Assembly (NCBI GenBank): GCA_027486675.1
Contig: JAIXOQ010000006.1
Location: 9,125 to 73,124, forward strand
DNA: 64,000 bases
DNA from: Pseudomonadota bacterium
GTDB lineage: Bacteria > Bdellovibrionota > UBA1018 > CAIMNF01
Reading direction: 5' to 3'
Part shown: positions 47,255-56,974 of the stretch, one piece after another
Layout: every line of letters starts with the position of its first letter
Numbering within the stretch: position 1 is the first letter of the stretch
Translations under genes and position numbers: made by a program
The notes under the pieces: generated by a model
The model's input: the letters and a program-made list of their open reading frames with translations, nothing else
What the model was told of the DNA's origin: nothing
The model's database searches: none

Positions 47255-48439
47255 ATGTCCCAAGTGAGGTCGATTTTTCCTAAGCCAATATTTTTAGGCA
47301 GCGCAACCCGGTCTCCCATTGGAAAATTTGGTGGATCCTTAAAGCGGTTCTCTGCTAGTGAGCTCGCGGCACTTTGTTTAAAGGAAGCCCACAAACGATC
47401 TGCGTCAGATGCGCCAGTTGACCTTGTTGTGCTCGGGCACGCCCGTCAGGCCGGTGCTCGGCCAAATCCTGCACGTCAGGCCACACTCTTCTCGGGTCTT
47501 TCTGAATCGGTACCCGCCATTACAGTGAATCAGGCTTGCGCCTCGGGACTCGCATCCGTGCTGCTGGCTTCGGATCAGATCGCCCTCGGTCGCGCGAAGC
47601 GCATCTTTGCGGGCGGCGTAGAAAGCATGTCGAATACTCCTTATCTGCTGATGCCGGGACGATTTGGGCTACGGATGGGGAATACAGAGATCCTAGATGG
47701 CATGACTCAAGATGGATTTTTCTGTCCGATGGCTGGAATGCTGATGGGGGCCACTGTAGAAGAATTCATCGCCAAAGAGCTTCAAATCAGCAGATCTGAG
47801 CAAGATGAGTATGCAGTGCTTTCCCAAACCAGAGCTGAAAGATCTTGGAACGAGGGCTTGTTTCTCCCTGAGACTTTTGTCATTCCAGGCGATGGCAAGA
47901 GTCCGGACTTTCGGGAGGATGAACATCGAAGGGCGGGCACAACTTCTGCAAGTTTGGTGAAACTTGCGCCAGTTTTTGATCCAAAAAGTGGTTCGGTTAC
48001 GGCTGGAAACTCAAGTGGGATCACCGATGGTTCCGCCTTCTTGGAAGTCACTGCAGATCGCACTGCGGCCTCTCAGGTGGAGCTGCTCGATTCTGAAACC
48101 ATTGCGCTCGATCCTAAGCGCATGGGGCTCGGTCCCATTGAGGCAACGTTGCGGCTGCTTCGGCGCCAGGGGATCTCCATAAGCGACTTAGACTTCATTG
48201 AACTCAACGAGGCATTTGCGGCACAGGTGATTGCATGTTTGAGGGGCCTTAAGACTTCAGAGGGAAAAGTCAATCTAAGAGGCGGCGCGATCGCGATCGG
48301 TCATCCGATTGGCGCAACGGGTACCCGAATCTTAGTGACACTGATTCACCAAATGCTTGGAAAGCCAGGCTCGCTTGGACTTGCGACATTATGCGTAAGC
48401 GGAGGTCAGGGGGTTTCCGTTCTGCTCCGTTCGCTTTAG
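47255..48439 (+). CDS. acetyl-CoA C-acetyltransferase (thiolase II)
   Basis: active-site NQACASG; C-terminal GGQG...; 394 aa. Confidence 0.9.
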   Translation: MSQVRSIFPKPIFLGSATRSPIGKFGGSLKRFSASELAALCLKEAHKRSASDAPVDLVVLGHARQAGARPNPARQATLFSGLSESVPAITVNQACASGLASVLLASDQIALGRAKRIFAGGVESMSNTPYLLMPGRFGLRMGNTEILDGMTQDGFFCPMAGMLMGATVEEFIAKELQISRSEQDEYAVLSQTRAERSWNEGLFLPETFVIPGDGKSPDFREDEHRRAGTTSASLVKLAPVFDPKSGSVTAGNSSGITDGSAFLEVTADRTAASQVELLDSETIALDPKRMGLGPIEATLRLLRRQGISISDLDFIELNEAFAAQVIACLRGLKTSEGKVNLRGGAIAIGHPIGATGTRILVTLIHQMLGKPGSLGLATLCVSGGQGVSVLLRSL

Positions 48440-48450
48440 AATAGGGTTCT

Positions 48451-48693
48451 ATGAGAAAGCTACTATTTGTTGTTTGTGGAGTTTTAGCTTTAGGGGCAGT
48501 TTCTACTTTTGCGGAAGAAGCCAAAAAGGCGACCAAGCACGAGTGCAAATGTAAAGGCAAAGAGCATGCGAAGTGTGACAAATGTCACAAAGGACAGAAG
48601 GAATGCACCTGTGATCAAGCGAAAAGCGATCACAAAGGTCATCACCACGAGGAGGCTGCACCGGCCGAAGCCACCGAAGAAAAACATTCTTAA
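48451..48693 (+). CDS. small secreted Cys/His-rich protein; putative periplasmic metal-binding protein
   Basis: signal peptide MRKLLFVVCGVLALGAVSTFA; mature roughly 59 aa with CKC...CDKC...CTC plus HKGHHHEE; 6 Cys and 8 His. Confidence 0.5.
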   Translation: MRKLLFVVCGVLALGAVSTFAEEAKKATKHECKCKGKEHAKCDKCHKGQKECTCDQAKSDHKGHHHEEAAPAEATEEKHS

Positions 48694-48711
48694 TTTCGCA
48701 GGAGATCAAAG

Positions 48712-49470
48712 ATGCACTTTCTACTTTTAGTTCTCACTACGGGTGTGGCACAGGCTTCTGTGCCCGAGCGCATTTTTGAAATGACCGGGAAGATCTATAT
48801 CAAAAAAGATCTTCCCGGCTCCTGTGAAAACGTGAATTTAGGTTTCGCTTGTGATGCCCCAAACTTCGGCTCGTTTCATGCTGAATCCTTTCGTACCGGG
48901 ACTGAGGTTTACTCCAAGTCAAAGTTTTCAAATGCGAGCGGCGAGCAGGTGCTCGAGGAATCCTGGCGAGAGGGCGCGAAGCTTTTACGGGCTAAGATTG
49001 TGAACCGCCAGCTCAAGATTGCATCTACAGTCGACATCAAGGACGGCTATGCGTTTTTCAAGGTTGTGCACGATGATGGCCGCGTGGAAGATGCAAAAGA
49101 GTCAGTCGATGATTCTATTGTCGTTCCATCCACTTTGATGGCCTATCTGAAGCCGCGCATGAAAACGATCGAAGACGGCGGCGAGGTCACGGTGAAAATG
49201 GCCGTTCTTGACCGAAAAGCTGCTTACACTTTTGATATTAAAAAAATGGGTACCGCCGCGGCAAACGGGGGTGGCCAGCTTTTGGTGCTTCGGATGAAGC
49301 CTGCAAATTGGATTATTTCTAAGATTGTGGATCCTCTTTATTTTTATCTAGACCAGAAAACCGATCGTTTGATTGGTTTTGATGGCCGCAGTGCGCTTCG
49401 TCGTCAAGACGGGGAAAAACTGAGGGACATCGATGCGAAGGTCGCATACAATGTGCTTCTTAATTTATGA
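48712..49470 (+). CDS. hypothetical secreted protein
   Basis: signal peptide; no motif; 252 aa. Confidence 0.45.
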   Translation: MHFLLLVLTTGVAQASVPERIFEMTGKIYIKKDLPGSCENVNLGFACDAPNFGSFHAESFRTGTEVYSKSKFSNASGEQVLEESWREGAKLLRAKIVNRQLKIASTVDIKDGYAFFKVVHDDGRVEDAKESVDDSIVVPSTLMAYLKPRMKTIEDGGEVTVKMAVLDRKAAYTFDIKKMGTAAANGGGQLLVLRMKPANWIISKIVDPLYFYLDQKTDRLIGFDGRSALRRQDGEKLRDIDAKVAYNVLLNL

Positions 49471-50177
49471 AAAAATTCTCGATCAAAATCTATTCCGACG
49501 GTGCTGAAAAAGACCAACTTCTTGCGATGAATGAGAACCCGCTGATTAGCGGAATGACCACCAATCCATCTCTCATGAAGAAGGCGGGCGTCAGTGATTA
49601 CCGCAAGTTCGCACTCGATATTTTAGGCAGCATCAAAGAAAAGCCTATTTCGTTTGAAGTGTTCGCGGATGACTTTCCTGAGATGGAGCGCCAAGCCCGC
49701 GACATCATGACTTGGGGGAAGAACGTTTACGTGAAGATCCCGATTCAGAATTCGAAGGGTCAGTCCTCGGTGCCTTTGGTTCGCACACTGACGAAGGCCG
49801 GTGCAAAACTCAACGTGACTGCGATCTACACAGTCCGTCAGGTCGTCGATGCGTGTGCGGCTCTGGAAGGTGGGGCTCCATCTATTGTTTCGGTGTTTGC
49901 GGGCAGGGCGGCAGACCTCGGCCACGATCCTGTCCCAACCCTGACTGCAGCCTCTGAAATTTGTAAGAGTTTTGGTTCACAAATTGAGAGTCTCTGGGCA
50001 TCAACACGGGAGGTTTACAATATCCTTCAGGCGCAACAATGCGGTTGTGGAATCATCACCGTGCCCTTTGATGTCGTGGCGAAACTGAAATCCCCGTGGA
50101 AGACCCTCGACGAACTCAGTCTTGAGACAGTGCAGACCTTTAAGAAAGACTCTGAAGCTGCAGGCTTCCACCTATAA
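49467..50177 (+). CDS. transaldolase, short form (fructose-6-phosphate aldolase/TalC family)
   Basis: KIYSDGAEKD, MTTNPSL, catalytic Lys region; 236 aa. Confidence 0.85.
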   Translation: MKKFSIKIYSDGAEKDQLLAMNENPLISGMTTNPSLMKKAGVSDYRKFALDILGSIKEKPISFEVFADDFPEMERQARDIMTWGKNVYVKIPIQNSKGQSSVPLVRTLTKAGAKLNVTAIYTVRQVVDACAALEGGAPSIVSVFAGRAADLGHDPVPTLTAASEICKSFGSQIESLWASTREVYNILQAQQCGCGIITVPFDVVAKLKSPWKTLDELSLETVQTFKKDSEAAGFHL

Positions 50178-50208
50178 GCGACATGCTTGTTTGTGATAAA
50201 ACCAATCC

Positions 50209-51672
50209 ATGCGTTCAGAGCAGGAATTGGTACGTTGTGACAAATTAGAGCGATTAAAAAGTGCGGGCATTGATCCCTATCCAGAAGGGTTCAAACAGAC
50301 TCATTCTTTAAAGGAAGCAATGGTTTTAGCCGATGGTGCTGAGCCTGTGCGCATTGCAGGACGGATCACGTCCATCAGAAAGCTTGGAAAACTATCCTTC
50401 GTACATCTGCAAGACCTGGAAGGAAAAGTGCAGCTCTGCATCAAGATCGATGATTTGGGCGCTGATCGGTATGCGCAATTCTCTGAACTTACGGACATCG
50501 GCGATTTCATCGGCGCATCTGGTGTGATGTTCACGACCCGGGTCGGGGAAAAAACTCTTCAAGTCCATGACTATCAATTTTTGGGGAAGTGTCTGCGACC
50601 CCTCCCAGAAAAATGGCATGGGTTAACTGATGTGGAATTACGGTATCGGCAGCGCTACTTAGACCTTGTGATGAATGAGGAGACCAGAAAACGGTTTCTC
50701 CTGCGAACGACACTGCTTCGGGAATTGCGCAGATTTTTAGAAGACCAGAATTTTCTTGAGGTGGAGACCACAACGCTGCAGCCGAATCCCTCCGGCGCTT
50801 TAGCGAAGCCCTTTAAGACGCATCACAATGCGCTTGGTATTGATTTGTTCTTGAGAATTGCACCTGAAACGTATCTGAAGCGACTGATCGTCGGAGGCTT
50901 TCATCATATTTTTGAAGTTGCCCGATGTTTTAGAAACGAAGGCATTTCGCCCTACCACCTGCAAGAATTCACTATGGTGGAGGGATATTCAGCCTACTGG
51001 AGTTATCGCGACAATATGGATCTGATGCGGAAGCTCTTTCAGCATCTCATCCAGAAGACCCTAGGCACCTTAGAGGTCACGATCGAAGGTAAGCTCGTGA
51101 ATTTTGCAGGCGATTGGGGGCATATCTCGTTTCGTGATCTACTGCTTAAGGATTGTGGAATCGACATTGATCAGCACATGACAGCGAAATCACTTCTTGC
51201 GGCCATAGAAGGGAAGGGCATTGAGCTGGAGGACGCGGCATCTTTAGGGCGTGGGAATCTCATCGATACCCTTTATAAGAAAGTATCGCGTCCAAAAATC
51301 TCGGGGCCTGTGTTTCTGGTAGAACATCCGATCGATCTATCTCCGCTTGCGCGTGCCAACTCGAAGAATCCGCTTCTCACCGATCGTTTTCAATTGGTGG
51401 TGAACGGCGTCGAACTTGTAAACGCTTACTCAGAGCTTGTGGACCCAGTTGAACAGCAGAAGCGCCTTGAAGAACAAGCGAGTCTCAACGCTGCCGGTGA
51501 TCAAGAGGCGATGGTGACGGATGAAGACTACGTCATAGCTATGGAATTTGGCATGCCGCCGATCTCTGGGTGGGGCATAGGTATTGATCGATTGGTGCAG
51601 TTACTCACCGGGGTAGATAACATCAAGGACTGTGTGTTGTTTCCGCTCGCGCGAAAGGTAAGTGCAACATGA
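50209..51672 (+). CDS. lysS: lysyl-tRNA synthetase, class II
   Basis: OB-fold N-terminus; class-II motifs 2/3 (FEVARCFRNEGISPYHLQEFTMVE; GGWGIGIDRL). Confidence 0.9.
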   Translation: MRSEQELVRCDKLERLKSAGIDPYPEGFKQTHSLKEAMVLADGAEPVRIAGRITSIRKLGKLSFVHLQDLEGKVQLCIKIDDLGADRYAQFSELTDIGDFIGASGVMFTTRVGEKTLQVHDYQFLGKCLRPLPEKWHGLTDVELRYRQRYLDLVMNEETRKRFLLRTTLLRELRRFLEDQNFLEVETTTLQPNPSGALAKPFKTHHNALGIDLFLRIAPETYLKRLIVGGFHHIFEVARCFRNEGISPYHLQEFTMVEGYSAYWSYRDNMDLMRKLFQHLIQKTLGTLEVTIEGKLVNFAGDWGHISFRDLLLKDCGIDIDQHMTAKSLLAAIEGKGIELEDAASLGRGNLIDTLYKKVSRPKISGPVFLVEHPIDLSPLARANSKNPLLTDRFQLVVNGVELVNAYSELVDPVEQQKRLEEQASLNAAGDQEAMVTDEDYVIAMEFGMPPISGWGIGIDRLVQLLTGVDNIKDCVLFPLARKVSAT

Positions 51673-53033
51673 TGAACGTATCGATCATTGGTACGGGTTA
51701 TGTGGGTCTCACAACGGGTGCCGCTTTGGCCTTTTTAGGGCATCGGGTGACCTGCATTGATATCGACCCAAAAAAAGTAGAGCAGCTCAAGCGTGGCGAG
51801 TGTCCAATCTATGAGCCTGAGCTTGAGAACATTCTGAAAGGCTGTAGAGATCGACTCACTTTTACGACGGATTACGAACCTGCAATCTCTGGCTCGCAAG
51901 TGGTCTTTATCGCAGTGGGCACGCCGTCTCAGGCCGATGGGCAGCCGGACCTTTCTTACTTAAAGAGTGCGGCACAGGCAGTGGGTCGCAACTTGGGACC
52001 AAAATTTACGGTGGTGGTGAACAAGAGCACCGTGCCGATTGGGAGTGGAAATTGGGTGGAATCGATTGTTCGTGACGCCATGAGGGAGGCAAAGAAGGAG
52101 GCTTCTTTTAGCGTGGTTTCTAACCCAGAGTTCTTGCGTGAAGGTTCGGCCTTGTCTGACATGCTGTACCCAGACCGTATCGTCGTGGGTTCGGAGGATC
52201 CCTCTGCAACCACAGTGATGCAGGACTTGTATTTACCGCTTTTAAAACAAAGTTTTGATTCGCCCAAGAACCTTCCCCGTCCGAAAGGATTTGTTCAGTC
52301 GCCGTTTGTCGCCACCGATCTGCAGAGTGCTGAGCTGATCAAATATGCAGCCAATGCGTTTTTAGCACTGAAGATTAGCTTCATTAACGAAGTGGCAGAA
52401 CTTGCAGAGCGTGTCGGAGCCAATGCAGGACATATCGCTCGCGGGATTGGGCTAGATGCAAGGATCGGAGAGCGCTTTCTTCAAGCAGGCATAGGTTGGG
52501 GCGGGTCCTGTTTTGCAAAAGACACCAGTGCCCTGATTTCAACCGCACGCGAATACGGTCTGCCCATGTCGATCACGCAAGCTGCACGCGATGTGAACTC
52601 CAGGCAGCGTGCAAGGGTCATTGAGATTTTGCTCAGTGAGCTTCGCATTTTGAAAGGGAAGAAGATTGGTATTTTAGGTTTGGCTTTCAAGCCGTTTACC
52701 GATGATCTTCGGGACGCACCTGCTTTTGAGATCTCATCCCGACTGAAGGAACGTGGGGCCAAGGTTGTAGGTTATGATCCGATCGCAAATTCCAGAGTGC
52801 GTCAGGAATGGGCCGATCGTGGCCCAATCGTGGCAGATTCTGTCGCAGAGGTTTTCGCAGAGTCAGACGCTGTGGTTTTAGTCACGGAGTGGCCAGAGCT
52901 TGTGAACTCCGATTGGAAGGCCCTGTTGCCCTCTATGAAGAATAAACTCGTGGTGGATGGTCGCAGCGCTTTAGACCGGCCAACCCTGACTGGTCTGGGT
53001 GCAAAGCTGATTATCATGGGGTACGGCGCATGA
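51669..53033 (+). CDS. ugd: UDP-glucose 6-dehydrogenase
   Basis: GTGYVGL Rossmann motif; catalytic GGSCFAKD; 454 aa. Confidence 0.9.
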   Translation: MMNVSIIGTGYVGLTTGAALAFLGHRVTCIDIDPKKVEQLKRGECPIYEPELENILKGCRDRLTFTTDYEPAISGSQVVFIAVGTPSQADGQPDLSYLKSAAQAVGRNLGPKFTVVVNKSTVPIGSGNWVESIVRDAMREAKKEASFSVVSNPEFLREGSALSDMLYPDRIVVGSEDPSATTVMQDLYLPLLKQSFDSPKNLPRPKGFVQSPFVATDLQSAELIKYAANAFLALKISFINEVAELAERVGANAGHIARGIGLDARIGERFLQAGIGWGGSCFAKDTSALISTAREYGLPMSITQAARDVNSRQRARVIEILLSELRILKGKKIGILGLAFKPFTDDLRDAPAFEISSRLKERGAKVVGYDPIANSRVRQEWADRGPIVADSVAEVFAESDAVVLVTEWPELVNSDWKALLPSMKNKLVVDGRSALDRPTLTGLGAKLIIMGYGA

Positions 53034-53956
53034 GGAAGCTTGCGATTGTCACAGGGGCTGCTGGGTTTGTTGGCAGCCATCTTTGTGAGCGGCTCTTAAA
53101 GGATGGATTTCGGGTTTTAGGGATAGACAACCTGTGCACCGGTGCAGAGAGAAATCTGAGGTCTTTTGGACACGACCCGCACTTTGAGTTTTTACGGGCC
53201 GATTGTTCTGAAGCTTTGTCTCTGCCAACATGCGATTGGGTTTTTCATTTTGCATCCCCAGCGTCCCCTCCGAAGTACGTGAAACTTGCGCTTGAGACCT
53301 TGCGGGTCAATGCGGAAGGAACGCGTCAACTCCTTCAGCACTGCGAGCGTGTGGGTTCAAAGTTCTTCTTAGCCAGCACGAGCGAAGTCTACGGGGATCC
53401 CATTGTTCATCCACAGCCTGAGTCTTACTTTGGAAATGTCAATTCTTATGGTGAACGCGCGATGTACGACGAAAGTAAGCGTTATGCGGAAGCAATCACC
53501 TATGTGTTTACAAAACAAAAAGGGGTGGATGCAAGGATCATTCGTATCTTTAACACCTACGGTCCGCGCATGGATCCTAAGGATGGGCGTGTCGTCACGA
53601 ACCTCATGCATCAGGCCCTAGAGGGGCGTCCGCTCACGATTTATGGGGATGGTTCTCAGACCAGAAGCTTTCAGTACATTTCTGATTTGATCGAAGGAAT
53701 TTCACGTTTGATGAAGGCCGATTATCAGGCACCCGTGAATTTAGGAAATCCAGTCGAGTTCACGATGCTAGAACTTGCAGAAGTGGTGAAGAAGGTAACG
53801 GGAACGGACGCGAAGATTGTATTTGAGCCGCTCCCTCAGGATGACCCAAAACAACGTAAGCCTGACATTGCGCTAGCGAAACGCATCTTAGACTGGGCAC
53901 CCCAGATTAAGCTTGAAGCGGGCTTAACGCAGATGCTCGCTTCGCTGAGGAGTTAG
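53030..53956 (+). CDS. UDP-glucuronate decarboxylase (UDP-xylose synthase), SDR family
   Basis: VTGAAGFVGSHL; YxxxK (YDESKRYAE); UXS-like length of 308 aa; coupled to ugd. Confidence 0.8.
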   Translation: MRKLAIVTGAAGFVGSHLCERLLKDGFRVLGIDNLCTGAERNLRSFGHDPHFEFLRADCSEALSLPTCDWVFHFASPASPPKYVKLALETLRVNAEGTRQLLQHCERVGSKFFLASTSEVYGDPIVHPQPESYFGNVNSYGERAMYDESKRYAEAITYVFTKQKGVDARIIRIFNTYGPRMDPKDGRVVTNLMHQALEGRPLTIYGDGSQTRSFQYISDLIEGISRLMKADYQAPVNLGNPVEFTMLELAEVVKKVTGTDAKIVFEPLPQDDPKQRKPDIALAKRILDWAPQIKLEAGLTQMLASLRS

Positions 53957-53962
53957 TCAGTC

Positions 53963-55213
53963 TTAGTCAACCAGCCCAGAAATAGTGCAAATCGACGACG
54001 ACTCTGCAAGGGCGTCGGATTGGTTTTGACTCAGCTTCTCGAACTCTTTTTTACGGTTCGCTTTCGCAAGCTTTTCAACACGAGGGAATCCGATCCAGCA
54101 GTAAATTTTGATTTTCCCGTCTGCAGATTTTGAGGTCACGATCGTTCGGCCGACCGATGGCTTCATCGTTGCAATCGCTTGTTCCCAGTCGCCCTTCTTA
54201 ATCAGGGTTTCGTTCGCAGATCCAGCAGTCTTCGCTTCGATGATCAGAACTTTGTTAGTCTTATCGGCTTCAATTTTTTCGCCACTTACCTTTGCGATAC
54301 GGTCTGCCTTAAATGGTGAAAGCGGAGTGTTTTTTCTGTCTGTGAGTGTTTGGTCTGATTGCAGGGTTGAAACAGGAATTGCAAGTTCGTACTTAAGCAC
54401 GTTCCCTGAAGCGCTGAGATCCTGTGTCGAAGAAAGCTGGTAGATATAGGCGTCAGCTCCAAGTTTTTTCACTTGGGTGAACCACTCTTTGGCAAGGGAA
54501 CTCTGTGCGTCATCGGCTAGGACGATATTGTCTGCGCTTGCGCTTGAACCATTGTAGAGGCCACGAAGGGCATCAAATGATTTTCCGCCGTCGCTTCTGA
54601 CATTGAGGTACGTGATCTTTGTGGCGCCGTCTTCTTTCGTCGAGGCTAATGCCCCGCCTGCAACGGACGGTACTGAACTGAGTGGAGTGGGTGATCCGAG
54701 GCTCTTAGGCGCAAGAGGATGCGCTTTCCCGCCGCCGCCTACGCTTCCATTTGCAGTGTATTCCAGGCTAGCTAGAGTTTCTAAGGACCGAACATTTTTT
54801 GGTTCTTCGGCCTTCGGAGCGGGTTTTTTTGTTTTGTGATTGAGATCAAATCCGCAGTCGGTTTTGTAATTGTCCGATGAACATGAAGTCCCACGGCGAT
54901 AGCGGTAGTAGGAGTGACTTTCATAAGAGTGTGAATACTGCACAACGCGACGATTGCCTTGATGACTCCCAGGTACTGATGGATATGTCGCTGGTCCACC
55001 GTTGCCTGAAGAACCGCCACCCGATTGACCTGGAGGTGGTGTGCCCAGATCTTGCCCCTTTTGAGCTTCAGCTCCTGCGAGTGCAGCGCCCGAAGACTTC
55101 GTTTGTTTTGCTTCCGGCTGCGGCGTCTGGGCGGCTGGCTTCGATCCGCTGCATCCGGCTAAGAGTGCAGTCATCAAAGAAACTGAGACGGTTTTAGATC
55201 TAAGCGTCAACAT
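53963..55213 (-). CDS. hypothetical lipoprotein with a C-terminal PD-(D/E)XK-like motif
   Basis: lipobox LLAGCSGS; Gly/Ser/Pro-rich linker; C-terminal ...EADKTNKVLIIEAKT... fits the D-x(n)-hhhExK pattern. Confidence 0.45.
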   Translation of the reverse strand: MLTLRSKTVSVSLMTALLAGCSGSKPAAQTPQPEAKQTKSSGAALAGAEAQKGQDLGTPPPGQSGGGSSGNGGPATYPSVPGSHQGNRRVVQYSHSYESHSYYRYRRGTSCSSDNYKTDCGFDLNHKTKKPAPKAEEPKNVRSLETLASLEYTANGSVGGGGKAHPLAPKSLGSPTPLSSVPSVAGGALASTKEDGATKITYLNVRSDGGKSFDALRGLYNGSSASADNIVLADDAQSSLAKEWFTQVKKLGADAYIYQLSSTQDLSASGNVLKYELAIPVSTLQSDQTLTDRKNTPLSPFKADRIAKVSGEKIEADKTNKVLIIEAKTAGSANETLIKKGDWEQAIATMKPSVGRTIVTSKSADGKIKIYCWIGFPRVEKLAKANRKKEFEKLSQNQSDALAESSSICTISGLVD

Positions 55214-55233
55214 AAGGGACCTTTCGTGCGTTA

Positions 55234-56826
55234 TTACTGGGTGATCAAGCTTGGTGTTCCGGTGATTGGGATCACTTTGCTATTTGGATCTATTTGGAAG
55301 AAGCAGGTCACGTCTCCCGCGATGAAGGCGTTTAAGAAGAACTGCTCGCGGTCGCTTCCTGAAAGAGTTGCGTCTTCTTTTTGGACTTTGTTGAGTTCAA
55401 TTCCTCTCTTGATATCCTTCGGCTTAAATCCGTTCAGGCCCTTATTCTCTTCTTTCGCGGCCATGTAGGCCCCGTACTCTGGCTTTATGGCGCGAAGAAT
55501 CTTTTCAGCCTCCGTGACCGGGATCGTCCATTTGCAAGCAATCATATCGTTACTCGAGCGAACGCTTAAGTCGCGGACATTTGATTTCTTTGCTGCATCG
55601 ATCTCAATTCTATTCCAGTTTCCTAACTTATCGGTTCGTCCAGCAAGAATCAGCAGCTCATACAAGGCCTGATCCTTGCTGTGCGTTTTAAAATAAGAAT
55701 CCTGTTCCTGCGTTAGATCTTTAAATTTCTTTGCCTTTTTTTCATAGACGACCTGCATCGTGGGAAGATTCGCGTTACTGGTGACCGACCCATTGCCTGT
55801 CTTGCTATTCACGTTTGCATAGACCGGTTTCTTCTGATCGTCGAAGGTGTAGATGGTCGCGGCTGTAGGGCCATTTGCGATCTGAGATTCCATTTCAGCC
55901 ATATAAGCATCAATCTGATCCGCGACTTCTTCAGCCTTCGAACCAACAACCACATTTGCATCTTTTAAAAGCCCAGGCGTTACTTTCAGGGCAACGGCGC
56001 TAGGGCGGCTGAAGCTGGTGAAGCAGGTGTAAGAACAGACGTCCTTCACTGTAAGAAGGATTACGTTTCCTTTCTTGTCTTTGCCCTTCGTTGGGTCCTC
56101 CTTGAAAAGAGTGTCAATCTTCGTTGGATCAGGGGCTCTAACGCAAATATTATTGATCCCCCAACGGCGAGTGATATCAAACGCGCCAGCATCTTTCAGA
56201 TCGGCGAACTGCGAAGCGATCCGTTGGCCACTACTTTTTGAAGCAAGCTCTTCCCAAACTGAGACATTGCTGTCCGGGTAGCTGGTTTCGTTTTTAATCG
56301 AGAGCTTTACATCAGCGCGAAGATTGAGGCGGCTAAAAATGTTCATCGCATTTTCTTTGTTGACCAGGATCGTGAGTGCTTCTTCGGCTACAGGAGTAGG
56401 CTTATTCTTCTTCTCTTTCTTATCGATTGAAGCATCTTCTTCTTTTTCATCTCGTTTACGGCTACCATCACGCTCAACTTCAATGGGACGGGATTTTTCT
56501 GAATAACGCTTGAGTCCGCTTGAATATCCGCCGCTCGAATCGCTTCCACCACCGCAGGTCATGTCATACGGAAAACAGAAAGCGCCAGTCATGCCGGTGT
56601 TGCTTGCCGTTTCAGTTGTTACTGGCGGTGTATTGATTCCAAGATTGCCGCCGACATTTCTGACCTGTTTTGATCCAGCTTGACTGATGCGACTTGGATC
56701 TACGCCCCGTTGATTCTGCGCGAACGCCTGGTACTGTTGCTGCGCCGTTGGTGTATTAGACGATGTGCACGCGCTGAGCGCGGTTAACAAACCGATTGCG
56801 GCGATAGGGCGCATAGGTCGAATCAT
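55234..56826 (-). CDS. hypothetical lipoprotein (530 aa)
   Basis: lipobox LTALSACTSS; Lys/Glu-rich low-complexity linker; no motif. Confidence 0.45.
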   Translation of the reverse strand: MIRPMRPIAAIGLLTALSACTSSNTPTAQQQYQAFAQNQRGVDPSRISQAGSKQVRNVGGNLGINTPPVTTETASNTGMTGAFCFPYDMTCGGGSDSSGGYSSGLKRYSEKSRPIEVERDGSRKRDEKEEDASIDKKEKKNKPTPVAEEALTILVNKENAMNIFSRLNLRADVKLSIKNETSYPDSNVSVWEELASKSSGQRIASQFADLKDAGAFDITRRWGINNICVRAPDPTKIDTLFKEDPTKGKDKKGNVILLTVKDVCSYTCFTSFSRPSAVALKVTPGLLKDANVVVGSKAEEVADQIDAYMAEMESQIANGPTAATIYTFDDQKKPVYANVNSKTGNGSVTSNANLPTMQVVYEKKAKKFKDLTQEQDSYFKTHSKDQALYELLILAGRTDKLGNWNRIEIDAAKKSNVRDLSVRSSNDMIACKWTIPVTEAEKILRAIKPEYGAYMAAKEENKGLNGFKPKDIKRGIELNKVQKEDATLSGSDREQFFLNAFIAGDVTCFFQIDPNSKVIPITGTPSLITQ

Positions 56827-56974
56827 AAAATCTGCCTCCTAGTAACAGTGCATGTTTTACACAAAGAGGGGATAGAATGCAAGATCAAAAAAGTCGGAGA
56901 TTGCTCTGTTAAAGATAATAAACAAAACATAACAATAAGGGCCGTGAGAGGACTAAGCCCAGAGCGTAGCCACC

